Below are positions 1 to 18,370 of a DNA stretch of 64,000 nt, one piece after another. The notes beneath the pieces are model-generated. The model saw nothing but the letters and a program-made list of their open reading frames with translations. It had not been told where the DNA came from and ran no database searches. Source of the stretch: the human T2T-CHM13v2.0 reference genome, Homo sapiens. Numbering within the stretch: the stretch's first letter is position 1; each line of letters starts with the position of its first letter. Both the position numbers and the translations under genes were made by a program. The stretch is taken from assembly GCF_009914755.1 (NCBI RefSeq), contig NC_060936.1. The stretch is one strand, 5' to 3'.

Positions 1-1639
1 CCCAGTAATGAAGCTCCTCTGCTTGAGGGGAGGAATACCAAATAATTTGTAGTCATATCTTTAAAATCATTACAGGAGCACTGGCTCTCCGCATCAGAAA
101 TTATGCTATGTGTCTGATAAAAATTAATACTTGCCTTGGCAGCATTATTTGCATACTATATTTTTTTAAGTGGGGATTTAGCTACAGTGAACCTTGAAAG
201 GGATACTGAATGCCATGTGGTACTCACATTCATGGAACTGGGCCTTATATCTCCATCTTTGGAATGCAGCTGCTACCTGGAAGATCTTTCTGTGCTAGCA
301 GCTTAAGCTGGAGGAGCTCCAGTGCACAAATCATAACAAGAGCCTGAGTGTAGAACTAATATCTATGAGGAGAGATGGGTTTCCCCAAGGGGAAAGAGTG
401 AAGAACACATGATGAAGGGAAATGTGGGTAAAGTCCATGACGTTGAGGAGAAAAAATGCAGTGTTCTTTTAGGACACCTCCTTTTCAAAGACCTAAGACT
501 TCCCACTACATTAAAGTTATCATCTTTATACTTCCCATGTACATCACTGTCCTTTAGAAAGACTTTCTGATTTAAATAACTACATGTTCCCTCCCAATAA
601 TCTATTTATGTGATCTTTAACAGAGTGGGGACACAGTAGATATTCAGGGGAGAAGCAGTAAATATACCACATTATGCTGCAAGGACTCTGGTGTGAACAG
701 AGCCCAAAATGGAAATATGATAGATTGTTGAAAGTGGAGAAAAGACATTAAAATGAGTGGAGAAGAAACCTGAAAGCGCCGCAGAGAATAAGACTAAAAT
801 TTCCAAAGGCCTCTCAGGGAACAGCAGGTGACATATATCAAGAAAGAAAAAAGAAAAAGAAAGCTTATGACAACCAGGTTACAAATATTTGATTGATAGA
901 CAAGGCGTGGGGGTCACCAATTCTACCTCGTACAACCAAAGATTGACTTGATCAAAAGAACCAAAAGAGTGTGATCAGAGTCAGCCTATTTTTCAACAAA
1001 GTCACAACAGAAATCTAGCATGGCTCTGTTAAGATGTTCTCAGCCCTCAGGAAAAGCAAGAAATAACCCAGCAAGAGCAAGAAAGAACCCAGCAGTTCAA
1101 ATATCCTCTCATCATTTGAGCACCTTAAGTCTTAATTCTTACCACTATTGAGAAGAACCATGTTTCCAAATAACAGGGCCACACACCTGTTTATAGGAGA
1201 AAGGCTCCAATTTTAACACAGTTATCTCTAAGAAAAGGTAATAAGAGATGTAATTATCATCTCTGTACAATATCAATTAGGAATCTTGTCATTGAATTTG
1301 GGAGAAAATCCTATTCCAAATGCCTTCAGGCGAGCTTAAGAAACACTGCAGGTTTATATGAGGCTATACACTGGGATCTGGCTCAAATTCTCTGTATCTG
1401 ATTGGGGACACAGCAAGATAGATTAGCATGGTAAGGGAACATTCTCCCCTGAGAAAAACTCTTCTGCCTCAATGTTATTGCCTGGCTGTCTTTGTGCTGG
1501 GCTTTTCCTGAGAACTCCAATAACAATTTCGCTTCTCAGTCTTTCCTCCTACAATCCCTAAAACTGTGAATCTTCCTCAGATTAGCTCTCTCCTCATGAA
1601 GCAACACAGGTATTCCAAGCTTCAGATATCTTTTCACCA

Positions 1640-2130
1640 TTTGATTACCTTGTCTTAATTTTCTTATGTATTATTGCTAACTGTAGTCATCCTACACAGA
1701 ACACTAAGACTTAATCCTCCTATCTGGCTAGTACCCTTTAACAAATCTCTCCCTATTCCTCCCTTCCCCCTTCCCTTCCCAGCCTCTAGGATTCTTGGTT
1801 CTACTTTTTACTTCTATGGGATCAACTTTTTTTAGCTTCCATATGTGAGTGAGAACATGCAGCGTTTAATTTTTATGTTCCTGGCTTATTTCACTTAACA
1901 TAATGTCCTCCAGTTCCATCTGTGTTGCCACAAATGATAAGATTTCATTATTTTATGGCTGTATAATATTCCACTGTGTATGTATACCACAGTTTATCCA
2001 TTCATTATTGATGAACACCTAGGTTGATTTCCTATCCTAGCTATTGTGAATAGTGCTGCAAGAAACATGAGAGTGCAGATGTCTCTTTAATATAATAATT
2101 ACCTTTGCTTTGGATAAATTCCTAGTAGTG
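1640..2130 (-). mobile_element. L1 3' fragment (L1MA/L1PB-like)
   Basis: gtgagtgagaacatgc...cctggcttatttcacttaacataatgtcctccagttccatc is typical antisense L1 3' end sequence. Confidence 0.8.
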
Positions 2131-4754
2131 TGTTCTCTTTATCTTGAGCTTCTTATTTCACATCCTCACCCAATTCTGACAATCCTGGTATTTGAGCTCA
2201 TTATGTAGACTCCTACTTGTGTTTCACTTTATAGTTCAGATGTGACAATTAGCTCCACATTTTTAGCTATAATGTGGACTGCTCTTATTGACCACAATCC
2301 TAATTTTTCTTCTGTCCAGGGTGTTCCAAGATGAAAAAAAAAAAAAAACAGAGGGAGACAAAAGTTAACTCTTGTCCAAGATCTGAGCTTAACTGTAAGT
2401 TTTAAAGAATACTTAGAAAGCACGGGTTCCCTGGCACAGATAAAAGTATCCTGGATTCAGGGGTAGAAAAAAAAAGATCTAAGAGGAATTCAACAGAGAT
2501 AGATGCTTTATAGGTCTCTGAGAAGGGCCCTCTACAACCTGTCTCCCACCCCTAAAACCTACAGCAGATTTGAAGCACACAGGAGGGAGTAACAGAACCT
2601 CAAATAAATTTGGAAAAAGGAAAGTAAAAGACAATTGTGTCTGGCCTGGTGAAGCCTGAGGAGGCAGCAAGCCTGGTTAAAGAAAACTTTCTGTCCAGCA
2701 GGATAATCTACACAATAGATTAGAAATGACAGGATATGCTCAGTACTTTGGTTGTGGTGATGTTATCACAGGTGGATCCCTAGGGCCAAACTCATCAAGA
2801 TATATATATACATATTAAATGTGTCCAACTTTTATACACCAATGATACCTCAATAAAGCTTTCAAAAGAATAAAAGAAAGAACTAACTGCATAAAGATGC
2901 TTAGACAAATGGTCACTGTCTACCCTGGCATGGTACAGTCAAGGGCAAAATACTTTCTCAGGTTACCAGAATAGGTATGAATATGGTCTGATGGCTGAGC
3001 CAGAGAGACGGGTAGTCCTTTGGACAGAGGGACACAGTAGTGGATGTCAGAGGGGACTAAGAACTAGAGCCAAGTAGAAGCTCAAAAGCTTCGGCCAGTG
3101 CCAGTGTCAGAGCAACCAGTGGAGACCTGCATGGATAAAGGTGCAGCAGCAGATGACTAACAACCAGGCCCACCCCAGCCCCACTAATGCTTGATAGAAT
3201 TGTATGCTACCTCAGGAAGAAGGCAGGATGGACGTAGGAGTGGGAGGGCTCTGAAATTACTGGGTTTACCTTGAGTTGACTAGACTTTAACATAATACAG
3301 CAAGAAAAATTGACTAAGATCAGATAAAGAAAAGAAAGTGATATTTTTCCACACACTTGGACTCATGGTCTTTGGATTTCATATCCACTGAATAATCAAA
3401 CAAATAATGGCAACAGGTAAGGTAGAGGTGGACAGGGGGCTGAGGAACCACAGAACAGTGAGATCTAGGAGGTATTGCAGGGCAGGCAGAAGAGTGGACA
3501 CAGACTGGAAGGACAGATTTTAAACAATAAAATTAATGGAAAGATTTTCATATTGGATGAACGGAATATACAAAGTATTGAAGTTGAGACAAAGCACAGA
3601 GCCCTTGAAGAATAGAAAGATTTTTTTAATGTGGGTGGAACATGGAGTGAGATGACGGAGTGGTGAGAGATAGATTCAAGTATTAAACCAGAGTTTTGAA
3701 TTCTAAAGCCTTTACAACCAACTTCCAGTTTCCAGGAAATACAGGGGATGGAGTGTGAAGTTAACTGACACACACACAAATAAACACCAAGCAAATCTAG
3801 AATGTGTGATAGTTCTGAGGACATGTCATCCACTTAATCAGTAAGTTCATTGCATGGGAAGAAAGGAGGGTGAATGTCCTTTGCCGAATATAAAACATAA
3901 CAACTAAGTGTAGGGAAGGTTCCAGGTTTGGGGGAGACTAAAGTTGATGTAATTTCAATTGTTCTGTTTAAGAAAAATAATACAAAATTAGGAACAGAAA
4001 TTTGCTAAGGCCCTTGCAGGGTCATGGAAAGGGCCTTTGCAAATGAAAGAATCCAAAAGTTAAGCTTCAATTGCTGTGTAGAAAATTCAAAACTGATCAA
4101 ATGCAACATGTCAACCTTGTGTGGATCCTAATTTAAATAATTTGCATTCATTCTACAAAAGTGTAAAGACATTTCTGAGACAATCAGGAAAAAAGTATAA
4201 ACTGAATTAAGCTGGAAAACAGAAATATTTAGTGGAAATTTAAGAGAAATCAAAAACCTTTCTGTATCTTATCATAAACTTGAGTTCTGCGCATGTCTGT
4301 ATAATGGAAGGGACAAAGGATATTCCTGTCTATCCAGAGGGTTATTTTAGTAGTCCTAAAGCCTCTTCACTGGTAGGCTTGAAACTATAGGGGTTTGTTA
4401 TAGGAAACTACATGTGCTAGAATATTAAAATAGAATGCAGTGTTCACTTAAAATTGTTTCCAGGGTTCAAAAAATAGGTTGAGTTTACTCATCAACCTTC
4501 TGAAAAATAACCGTATGATTATGAACTCATGGTCATGTTATATTTAATGCAGCTAGTAAAAAATGGTCTGCACAGATTCTTCTGCTAAAATTAGGAACAC
4601 AGGTAACAGCAATCTGTGTTGTAAAGCAACTTGAATAAATTTTAAAAGAAAGAGATAAGCGAAGGAACCATTTACAGAAGCTCTTTAAAGCTATGTTAAG
4701 GAATTTCTCTTCAACCTAAGGATATTGGAATGCTATCAAAGAGTATGAAGCCAG

Positions 4755-5147
4755 TGTATTAGGCCATTTTCCATTTCTACAAAGGAATACCTGAGACTGG
4801 GTAAAGATGTTTATTTGATTCACAGTTCTGCAGGCTGTACAAGCATGGTACTAGCGTCTGCTCAGCTTCTGGGGAGGCCTCTGGAAGCTTTTATTCATGG
4901 CAGAAGGCTAAGGGCGAACAGGCGTGTCACATGGCAAAAGAGAGAGGAGGAGGTGCCAGGCTCTGTTTAACAATCAGATCTCATGTTAATAACTGAAGGA
5001 ACTCATTCTTGCCTCGAGGACAGCATCAAGCCATTAATGAGGGATCCACCCTCATAACACAAACACCTCCCACCAGGCCCCACCTCCAACATTGGGGATC
5101 ACATTTCAGAGTGAGATTTGCAGGGGACGCACATCTAAACCATATCA
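4755..5147. mobile_element. MST/THE1-type MaLR solo LTR
   Basis: tgtattaggccatt...aaggaatacctgagactgggtaa...cacctcccaccaggccccacctccaacattggggatcacatttc...aaaccatatca. Confidence 0.85.
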
Positions 5148-5904
5148 GCTGGGAAGTAACATGATGAACACTGCACATTAGAAATAGGACTCGTGTTGTT
5201 ATTTAGACATGGTGCATTGAACACATGTATTTACTTCTGCTATTTCCCAATGTTCCAACAAAATTATAATACAGAAGTAAAAAGAAATACCCAGGGACAA
5301 GGAGAATGGAAGAGGAAATGTCAGCAAACAAGAAGTTAAACAAAACTGTAGAATTGGAATGACTCGATGAATATGTAGTGTGTAATCTGCACAAAAATTT
5401 GGTCATTTTTCTTCAACTAAAACCTGTGCATTTCTTATTATATGATCCTAGAAATTTTTAAATTGTTCTAAAGAAGGTTGTTTTCTCATTCTCTCTCTTT
5501 CCATTGTACTTCCTACCTATGCTGATACTTAGAAAGTGTTTAAGTGTATGGCTTTGTGAAAGTCACTCAATTATATTAAGCTTTTGTTCCTTTATCTGAA
5601 AAGTGAACATGATGCAAGAAATAATCAAAAGGCTAAATTAGGGATTAAAAGAGCTAATGAACATACAGCATATATCACCATAGTAGGCACACTGTAATGG
5701 TCAATAAATCTTGAGCTATAGAGCCATACATGTGTGAAAATTTAATATATAATTAAGATAGCATCAATCACTGAAGAAAACTTGGTTATTCAATATTTGG
5801 GGACTATTACCTACCTAGTTATTTTTAAAAACTAATTTCAGAGCTCTGCCACATAGTAATCACAATAGTTAATTTCAACTGGATGAAAGAGGAGACTGTG
5901 TTTT

Positions 5905-6153
5905 GTTGTTTTTTTTTTTTTGTTGAGACAAGAGGCTCACTCTCTCACCCAGGTTGGAGTGCAGTGGCATGATCTCCCGAGTAGCTGGGATTACAGGCAT
6001 GCACCACCACAGCCAACTCATTTTTGTATTTTTAGTAGAGACAGGGTTTCACCATGTTGGCCAGGCTGGTCTTGAACTCCTGTCCTCAAGTTGATCCACC
6101 TGCCTCAGCCTCCCAAAGTGCTGGGATTACAGGCGTGAGCCACCGCACCCGGC
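5905..6153 (-). mobile_element. AluS with an internal deletion in the right arm
   Basis: Antisense Alu ending ...cgcacccggcc; it jumps from gatctc directly to ccgagtagctggg. Confidence 0.9.
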
Positions 6154-6448
6154 CAAATTTATCCTTTCATAGACAACTCTCTGACCAGTCTCCCACTTGG
6201 ATTTCTAAAATTTTAGATTCATTCTTATTAGAATAATCCAAGTTTCTGCCACTTAAAAGGGCATCCACAAATCTTGCCAAAGATAATACGTCTCCCTAGA
6301 AAAATGCATGTAAGCACACATTAAGGAAGTACACACATGATCTACATTGAGAATTTGTAATTGCAACAACAAAAAATTAATCTATATGAGATATCTTTAT
6401 ATGAAAAGGAGGGGAAACAGGACACTAGAAACCTACGTAAATGTGTTA

Positions 6449-6769
<321 letters not shown>

Positions 6770-7949
6770 TTATTTACTCAAGAAAAAGTTTTTCTCTCAC
6801 CTCACCTCCTAGGATCTCAGGAAAAGTTTTGCCTGAACAGTCCAATACAAGTGCCTATGTCTGTTCTATGGACCTCATTCCCTCTCACCTTCTAAATAAA
6901 TAAATAGCGAGCAAGCAGTGGAACACAGCAACCAGGAACTTGTGCTCTGGATACTGCCTGCCCTCTATACCAGGTACTACCTTCACAACAACCTTGCCAC
7001 GTGCCTTCGTCAGCTCATATGTAAAACTGAGATACTAGCAATCATACCTACCTAGGAAGATGGTACTGAAGATTCAATGCATATAGCAAATGCTTAATAA
7101 ACACTTCCTATTATAAACAGTTGAGGCTATGGAAAGTTGACAAAATACATAAAAGGTAAAATAATTGTGGAATATACATTTATGAATAGTCAATATCCAA
7201 TGAAATTATTAATATATAAATCACTATCATAATAGTGTAGCCTGAATTTTTAGGAATATCTATGCAATGTTTAATTTTCAGAGACAATTATGTTTAAATG
7301 CTAATTATATCATCAGAAAGCTTAATTAATTCAATGCACACAGCAATTTTTCCAATTCACATGAACTTCTCTCAGGCCACAGCGACCTAAAGCAACTTAG
7401 TCACCCACAGCACTAGTTTATCTACTCTATCAATGTTCATCTGTCCTGGTAAACCACTCTTTAGTGCTTCCAACAAACTAGTGCATGGTGAAGCTGAAGA
7501 AGATTCTGCTTTCTGTCCCGTACAGAGAGCTTCCCACTCATCAATAAAGAGATAAACATCTGGTTGTGAAGGAGCTGAGGTATGAAATTTAGATCTTCTT
7601 GCAAGTGCAATGGGAAAATCTTGGAGGTGAAACACAAAAGTGATACGATCTAATTTCTATCCTTAAAAGATCACTCTGACTATTGTGAGGAGACCTGATA
7701 TGGGACGTAACGAGAATGTTACCAAGACAAGATGGAGGCTGTTAATGTCCTCCAGGAGAGAGAATCATGGCCTGAAGCAGAGCCCTGTAGTAAATATTAT
7801 GCAAGTGGTCATATTGCAATGCATTATGAGGAGTGAAACCCACTGGATTTGCTAACAACCAGGGCTAGCAGAGAGAAAGGCAAATGTGAATCCAATGTTT
7901 GTGAATGACTGAATGAAATAGCTGTTGTTGACTGAGAAGAGATTGGGTA

Positions 7950-8095
7950 GTGTTCTGGGCTAACTATGCTCCCCCTACTCATATGTTGAAGCCGCCAGTT
8001 CCTCAGAGTATGACGGTATTTGGAGACAGGGCCTAAAAAGAGATGATTAAGTTAAATGAGAGTGTTACAGTAGAACAAAACCCAATCTTATGGTG
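7950..8095 (+). mobile_element. MLT1 LTR fragment (paralog of 11975-12370)
   Basis: tgttctgggctaactatgctcccc...catatgttgaag...gtatttggagacagggcctaaaaagagatgattaagttaaatgag. Confidence 0.7.
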
Positions 8096-8169
8096 AACTT
8101 ATTGACTGCTCTATACCTAATTGACTCTGCTATGGCCACACTGATCTTCTTCTTCCTCTCCTTCTCATT

Positions 8170-9520
<1,351 letters not shown>

Positions 9521-11974
9521 TAGCCAACTGAATTGGACCAAATAGGACATCTAGGTAGACAGGTTCACCCACACTGCCCAACTTCACTCCCTACTAGTCC
9601 TGTGCTCAGTGGAGGTATTATTCGGAACTGCTAAGGACTTTCTGGTAGTCTAAAATTAGAAGCGAGGCATGGGGAAGCACAAGATGCCTGGTATGCTCTG
9701 TAGGAGCTTAACCAGATCAGTCCTGTTCCCCAACCCAGCTTCTGGTCTGCTGCTCCAGCAGACAGCCCTGTGCGTCCCGCTCCTCCCACCTCTCAGCTTT
9801 CAGGGTCAGGATTGGTGCAGGGAAGCACATGCTTTATAACATGTGATTATTCAGACATAGGGTATATAAGACACCATTTGTATTCTTGTACTGAGTCCTG
9901 CAAATGTTAAATTTGGGCTTTTGGATATTAATTGGGCCCTTTCAAAATGGTGATTATCCTTTAGTTCTGGGACATGTATTTTATTGTTTCATTGCTAATG
10001 TCTTTCTCAACATATTCTCAGATTTCTTGGTTTGAAATTCATGATAGTTGATATTTAAAAAAAAATTTGCATCTATGGAACATCTTTTTGCCTTTTTTCC
10101 TACTTTACATGAGAGTTTCTTAACTTTATATTTTATTGAATTTGTCAGCTATGTTTACAATTCCACATATTTCATTTGTTTTCTGGTCAATTTTTTAATT
10201 TAATTGCTTCCTATTCTATATGAGCATGGTGTCTATTTTTATCTCTCAGGATATATTAATTATCATCTCTTAAAGGTTTCCATTGCCTCTTGTCTCTGTT
10301 TTCTCTGCATTCCCTTTTTTTCCTGTTTCTCTGACTCTCATTTGATGGAGATAGTTTTTAATTGTCTAGTGTTCCTTTGATTCTGTTCATAATTAAGAGT
10401 AGACACTAAGACAATCAGAAAGCTATATGCAAATTGCAAGAGTTTTGAGGAATCACGTTCTTCACAGCTGGGGGATTGGATGCCCAGGAAGGTACTTTGT
10501 GAAGAGCTCCAGGTGCTGCCTCTGATGCTGGGCTGACTCTTCTGAATTATCCACCTGTCTCCTGACTTTCAAGCATCATACTCACTGCTGGCACTTTGGA
10601 GCTGGTCTGAGTAAGACTTAGGGTCTCATTTTATTAGAGAAAGCTGGACTTTGCAAGTAACTATCCAACTGTTAAGCAGCAGAATTAGAATGAGAATTCA
10701 CAGTGTCTTATTACCAAGACCGCACAACACTCCAAGGAAGTAACTACTCAAACGCGCAAATGCAGAACAACCTCAAATTCAACATGTACCATTTTTGTTT
10801 TGTCACTTAAGCTATTCCATATACATGCTATAAGGTATAAGTACATGTAATATTATCTAATGTTCCAGAAATTCATACACACCCTTTACAAAAGTCTAGA
10901 ATAAACAACATTACCATATCATGGATAACTGCCTCCATGTACCCCTGAAACAATGTTGAGAGGAGTAACATTACCTGTCCTGTCTGTAAGAGGAAGACAT
11001 GGGTCTGTGAATGAAGACCATGTCCTAATGAAATAAAATTAATGTCACATTCTAATAAAATTGACATAGGGATAAAAATTACTCCTACTGAATAAGATGA
11101 TTCAGAAGATTAAATGGCATTAGTAATGCATAATAGTTTTTTTATTATAATTAGTCATGGCTACAATAGGCTCATAGAATATGAAAACCACTAAACTATT
11201 TGTGAAATATATTTTTATGAAGACAACATGTAGTATTAAAATATATGGTCCAGTATCATAAAAGTGTAGCCACAATTGTTAGATAAATCTATGCAAAATT
11301 AATCCTCACAGAGAATTATTTTTAATTGCTAATTATATCAGGAGAACACTTAGTTGATTCAATGGACAGAAGGATTCTCCCAATTCACATGAACTCCTCT
11401 CACACCACAGGGACTCAATGCCATTCACATGATCTCAGCAGGAGTTAATCCATGTGGTCAAATTTCATTTTTCCTGGTTATCCACCTTTTAGTGTTCCAG
11501 ACAAACTAGTGTATGGTGAAGTTGAAGAAGGTTCTTCTTTATGTCCCATTTAAAGAACCTCCCACTATTCAAGTAAGGGAGAGCCATGTGGGTATGAAAT
11601 AGCTCAGGTATGTTAGATCTTCTTACAAGTAAAACAAAAAAACCGTAGAAGATTTGAAGCACACAATTTATATGATCTCATTTCCATTTGTAAAAGATCA
11701 CTCTGACTACTGTGGGGAGAATTGGTATGAGATGTAACAAGAATGTTACAAAGACCAGATGGAGGCTGTTGACATCCTCCGGGAGAGAGAATCACGGCAC
11801 ATACAAGAGCCATGTGCCAGAGAATATGCAAGTGATCATACTGCAATATATTTTGAGGTGGAATCCACTGAATTTTCTAATGGACCTGACCTAGGGAAGA
11901 AAAAGGCAAATGTGACTCCCATATATTTGAATAACTGAAGGAAACATCAGTCATTTACTGAAAAGGGATTGGGT

Positions 11975-12370
11975 GGTGTTATGGGCTGAATTCTGTTCCC
12001 TATATTCATATGTTGAAAGGCCAACCCTTTATTCCTTTGAATATGATTGCACTTAGAGAAAGAGCCTAAAAAGAGGTGATCAACTTAAAATGAGGGTGTT
12101 ACAGTGGGACAAAATCCAATCAGAATGGAGTTCTTATAAGAATTGGAAATGTGCACAGACAGAGAGACTTGAGAAGTGCATATGCACAGAGGCAGCCCCA
12201 TGTAAGGACACAGCAAGAAGGCAGATATCTAGATACCAAGCAGACAGGCCCCAGAAAAACTGAACCTGCTGACACCTTCATCATGAACTTGTGCATCCAG
12301 AACTGTGAAAAAATAATTTCTGTTGTTTAAGACACTCAGTTCATGATATTTTGTTTGGGCAGCTATAACA
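11975..12370 (+). mobile_element. MLT1 (MaLR) LTR
   Basis: tgttatgggctgaattctg...ttcttataagaa...cctgctgacaccttcatc...ccagaactgtgaaaaaataatttctgttgtttaag. Confidence 0.85.
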
Positions 12371-13173
12371 AAGAAATTCATAGGATAGCAGGTTTTAGGA
12401 AGTTGGAATTAAGATGCCTCCTTGGTGCATGGTAAATTTACGACCATTTTAGATGGAAGGTGGATGGCTGAGGTCTTTGACGCATGTACAGGTGCCTAAG
12501 CTCCTGCTACAGTCTTGCTCCTTGCTTTGACTCTATCCTATGTCACTGACAGTGTCTCTTTCAGCTCTTTGATCATCTCTGTTTTGGTTGTGTCTGGTGG
12601 GTTCATACCTGATATTTATTCTTCCTGATACACTAATCTCTTTCACTCATTGCTGACACTGGAGAAGGTCAGGAATAGGGCATGAGCTGAGTGATATTTG
12701 GAAGCATCACATGTTCTCTTCCTGGACTTAGCAGACAAGCAGAAGCCTGCTTCCAACCAGGACTACAGCTTCCTCCACCATACGCACATCTACCTGGCAC
12801 TCCCTTCTGCTCCTTCTCTCTGACCTCCCTTTACTACCTGAAGGGCCACCATAAGCTACATAGGCAAGACTGTTCATGTTCAGTGTCTTTTTTGAAATAA
12901 TGTTTGGTGAAACCAGAGATAATCATTTAACATCAGGGCATCTGGTCGGCCTAAGGAGTTACTCTGTGCCTCCCTTAAAGCATGTGAAGCCTAGTTAAAA
13001 CCGTTTAACTTTCCACATAGCTAGAGAATGTTTCATCTATGGTATTATATTCCTCCTTCAATAAATGTCTCTATTTATGCCAGGAGAAATAAGAAAACAA
13101 TTTGCCTAATCAGTAGGAAAACTCAAAGTTAACTATAGCAAACCTTATTGTATTAGGAAGCCTCCCTGCAATG

Positions 13174-14300
13174 CAATGGGACTTTAAAATGTTCAAGGAA
13201 AATGTATGTTATATTAAAAAATAACATGAATGGATTCCAATTTTCTTTTGCACCAAAATAAACTCAGACTGACATGCTCTAACATGTCTGAACAGGAGCT
13301 ACTTGAGGCATCAAGAAAAATAAGAGCAGGTTCAAAAGATCCCCTATAAGAGCAACATGAATTCTTCTAAAATTAAAGAGAGTACAAACATCAAATTCAT
13401 GGTGAAACTTGGGTAGAAGAAGGTGAAATCCACGATGCTTTCTGAAACACTGATGGGGATAGTGGCCCAAAACATTGGCAGTTTACAAGTAGGTAACTCA
13501 TTTCAAGAAGGAATGAGATGACGTAGAACCTACAGCCCATAGAGACAGAGGATTCACATCAAATTGCATGGATAAAATTCATCTTGTTTATACTCTATTA
13601 GAAGACAACGAATGACTAACAGTACAAACAACAGCCAACACTACAAAATTCTCAATTGGTTTCCCTCACCTGATACTAATTGAATAATTAATGTTGAGTA
13701 AAGTTTTCCCTCAATGGATGCCAAAACTGTGGCAAAAAGATAAGCTACAGACAGGAGCAGAGCTTTCCATGAAGTTTTAAATAAGGGGGATGAAGATCTT
13801 GAAGCATTTCTTCAAGGAATTGTAATGGGAGATGCAATCTGGCTCTACAAGTAAAATCCGGTAAACAAATACAGTAAAAGCAATAGCTACCAAGAGGTGG
13901 AAAAGTCCAGTCAAAGCAAAAGTGGATAAGGAAAGTGCAAAGGTCATGGCAAGAGATTATTGGGAAGCTCAAGGCATTTTTCTCGTTGACTTTCTGGAGG
14001 GCAAACGATTGACAATAACGACTTATTCTGAGAATATTTTGAGAAAGCCAAAGCTTTAGTGGAGAAATGCCTGGGGGAGCTTCAGCAGAGTCCTTTACCA
14101 CAACAGTGCTCCTGCTCATTTCTCTCATCAAACAGGGCTGTTGTGTGAGAGTTCTGATGGAAAATCATTAGGCATCCACATTACAATCTTCATTTGTTTC
14201 CTTTGGGTTCCTTTTTGTTTCATAATGTCATAATGTCTGTAAAGGGCATCCATTATTATTCAGTTAATAATGTAAAAAAGACACACCAATATCTGACATG
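13174..14300 (+). mobile_element. HSMAR2 mariner relic, copy 1 (3'-truncated)
   Basis: Degenerate TIR; the decayed transposase begins MNSSKIKESTNIKFMVKLG at ~13357; later WxPK, QSKQ-LPRGG and HHNSAPAH-like segments. Confidence 0.9.
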
Positions 14301-14994
14301 CTGACAAAAATGTATGATGATTGGTCAATAAATATTCTCAATATTCTCCCCTTATGTTGCCCGTTAATGATTAGGATTGGGAAATGGTTGAAACCTGAGT
14401 ATCAGGTGTTAGAATTAAAACAAACTTCCCAAATGAGACTTTAATTTTGACTCTCTTCCACATATAACAGGAGATAGAAGGATTAAACATCCCCCAAAGC
14501 TGTTCCAGGTCACTGGAGAGATTTAAATTTGGGTGTGTATTCAGCTGAGTCTTGAGCAGTGTCTGCACTACTTGAATTTAAAAGTACATGTGTCTTGCTT
14601 ACTTGCATGAAGACACTTAGTCCATATCTCCTTTATTACTTCTTTTCCTCTACTCAGATCTCAATTCCGTTAAGGATTCAGGCTGGGCCTGAGATCTCAC
14701 TGACCCAAGGGGGACCAAAGGTCCTATACACTCATCCCAAAATGTTGCAAGACATCAAGTAGGGTAGGGACTAAAATTGCTTATAGCTGCTCAAATCACC
14801 ACATTACTTGTTTCTATGAGAGTGGGAGAAGGTATGCTTCGACACATAGGATGAAGCCACAGTGGCATGTGAGGGAAAGGAAAGGAAGAGACCTCAAGCC
14901 TGTGGCCTCCCTGGACACTGGGAGATGCACTTTAAAGAAAGTAGAATCTGGGCAAAAAGCGAAGGAGAAAAGGCCTTTTTGGTTGTTCTAGTCA

Positions 14995-15298
14995 TTCTTT
15001 TTTTTTTTCCTTTTTAGAGACAGGGACCTGCTCTTTTGCTTAGGCTAGAGTTCAGTGGCACAAACGTGGGTCACAGCAGCCTCAATCTCCTGGGCTCAAG
15101 TAAACCTTCCATCTCACCTTCCCAAGTCACTGGGACTACAGGCACACCTACTGAGACAGGATAAATTTGTAATTTTTTGTAAAGACAGAGGATCTTACTA
15201 TGTTGCCCAGGCTGACCTGGAATTCCTGGCATCAAGCAGTCCTCCCACTTCAGCCTCCAAAAGTAGTGGAATTACAGGCATGAGCGACCATGCCAGCC
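14995..15298 (-). mobile_element. Diverged AluJ (duplicated as 49745-50035)
   Basis: Antisense Alu with AluJ features (gcagcctcaatctcctgggctcaag). Confidence 0.85.
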
Positions 15299-15789
15299 CT
15301 GTAGATATTCTTTTTACCTGAGCCTCATTGTCCTGCACTCTATCAATCCCCAATCAGAAGACAGCAGAGCCGCCTGACTACTGTGATAGCTTCTAATAAG
15401 CAGGTGTCAACTTCTGCTATTCCTGTAGGAAGAAAAGGAAAAAGAAGTACCTGACTTCAATTCATGTGCTTTGAGCCAACAGCACACAAAAGAAAAAAGA
15501 TGGAAAGACTTTGTAAATAGGACTCTTGGGACACATTTGATGCACATTTTGTAGCTTTTACGTTTAAATGTATGGTATGATATTAAATACTTATAACATT
15601 GCCTCATTAGAGCCAGAGAGAAACATCCAGGCACAAGCTCCAAGTAGAAAAATGATAGTGGGACAAATCCTTCTGGCATTCGAACCACCGGGTGGATTAC
15701 GATGTAGCATGACTGCCTCTGCCCTCCAATGTTCAGAGCTTGCTTTATTGTACTTTTTGTGTATTGCAAACAGAGCAAATGCATGTGTG

Positions 15790-17700
<1,911 letters not shown>

Positions 17701-17904
17701 AAATGGTAATTGAAAGTAAATTTCTGCCATTTCAGTTTGTGACTTACACTATTGTATAGATATATACTTAAAGTACAAATATTGACATTACAACTAATTT
17801 TACATAAACTCATTCATATCTGCATGCAAATATCTGGAAGAAGCCTGGGTAACTCTCCTTACCCGCCCTGAACCAAACCAGTTCCAGGGGAGTAAGATAT
17901 CTGT

Positions 17905-18370
17905 CCTGTGTGTGCTATGATGATTAACAGTCTCCCAGAGACACACCCTTCCTAATTCCCATAACCAGTGTATATGTTAACTTACATGACAAAAGGGTAT
18001 TAAGTTTGCTAATCAATTGACCTGAATATAGAGAGACTTTACTGAATATCTAAGTACATGCAATGTAATCACAACATCCCTAAATGTTGAGGAGGGAGGC
18101 AGAAGAGTCAGTGCCAGGGTGATGTGGTGTGATGTGATGTGATTGATGTGATGTGATGGGAGGCTCATCTGGCTATTGCTGGCATTGAAGATGGAAGAGG
18201 GCCAGGGAATGTGGGCCAGAAAATGGGTTCTGCCCTGAAGACTCTAGCATGAAACTCAGCCTTTCCACATGGATTTAAGCCCATGAGACCCATCCGTTAC
18301 TTCTGAGCTACAAAGCTACTCACTTTATGGTAATGTGTTACTTACTTCAGCAATAGGAAAACTAATATAC
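17905..18370 (+). mobile_element. MLT1 LTR containing a (TGATG)n microsatellite at 18119-18158
   Basis: tatgttaacttacatgacaaaaggg...ggaggcagaagagtcag...gctggcattgaagatggaagagggcc...cagcaataggaaaactaata. Confidence 0.75.

Noticed and set aside
1-4000. TAS2R gene or a second PRP gene/pseudogene, expected from the genomic neighbourhood
   Set aside because: No ~900-bp 7TM ORF, and no PRP-like exon or repeat recognised here or elsewhere outside PRB3. Highly decayed remnants cannot be excluded without tblastn.
13357-14300. Domesticated or active mariner transposase
   Set aside because: All three HSMAR2 copies have multiple stops and frameshifts.
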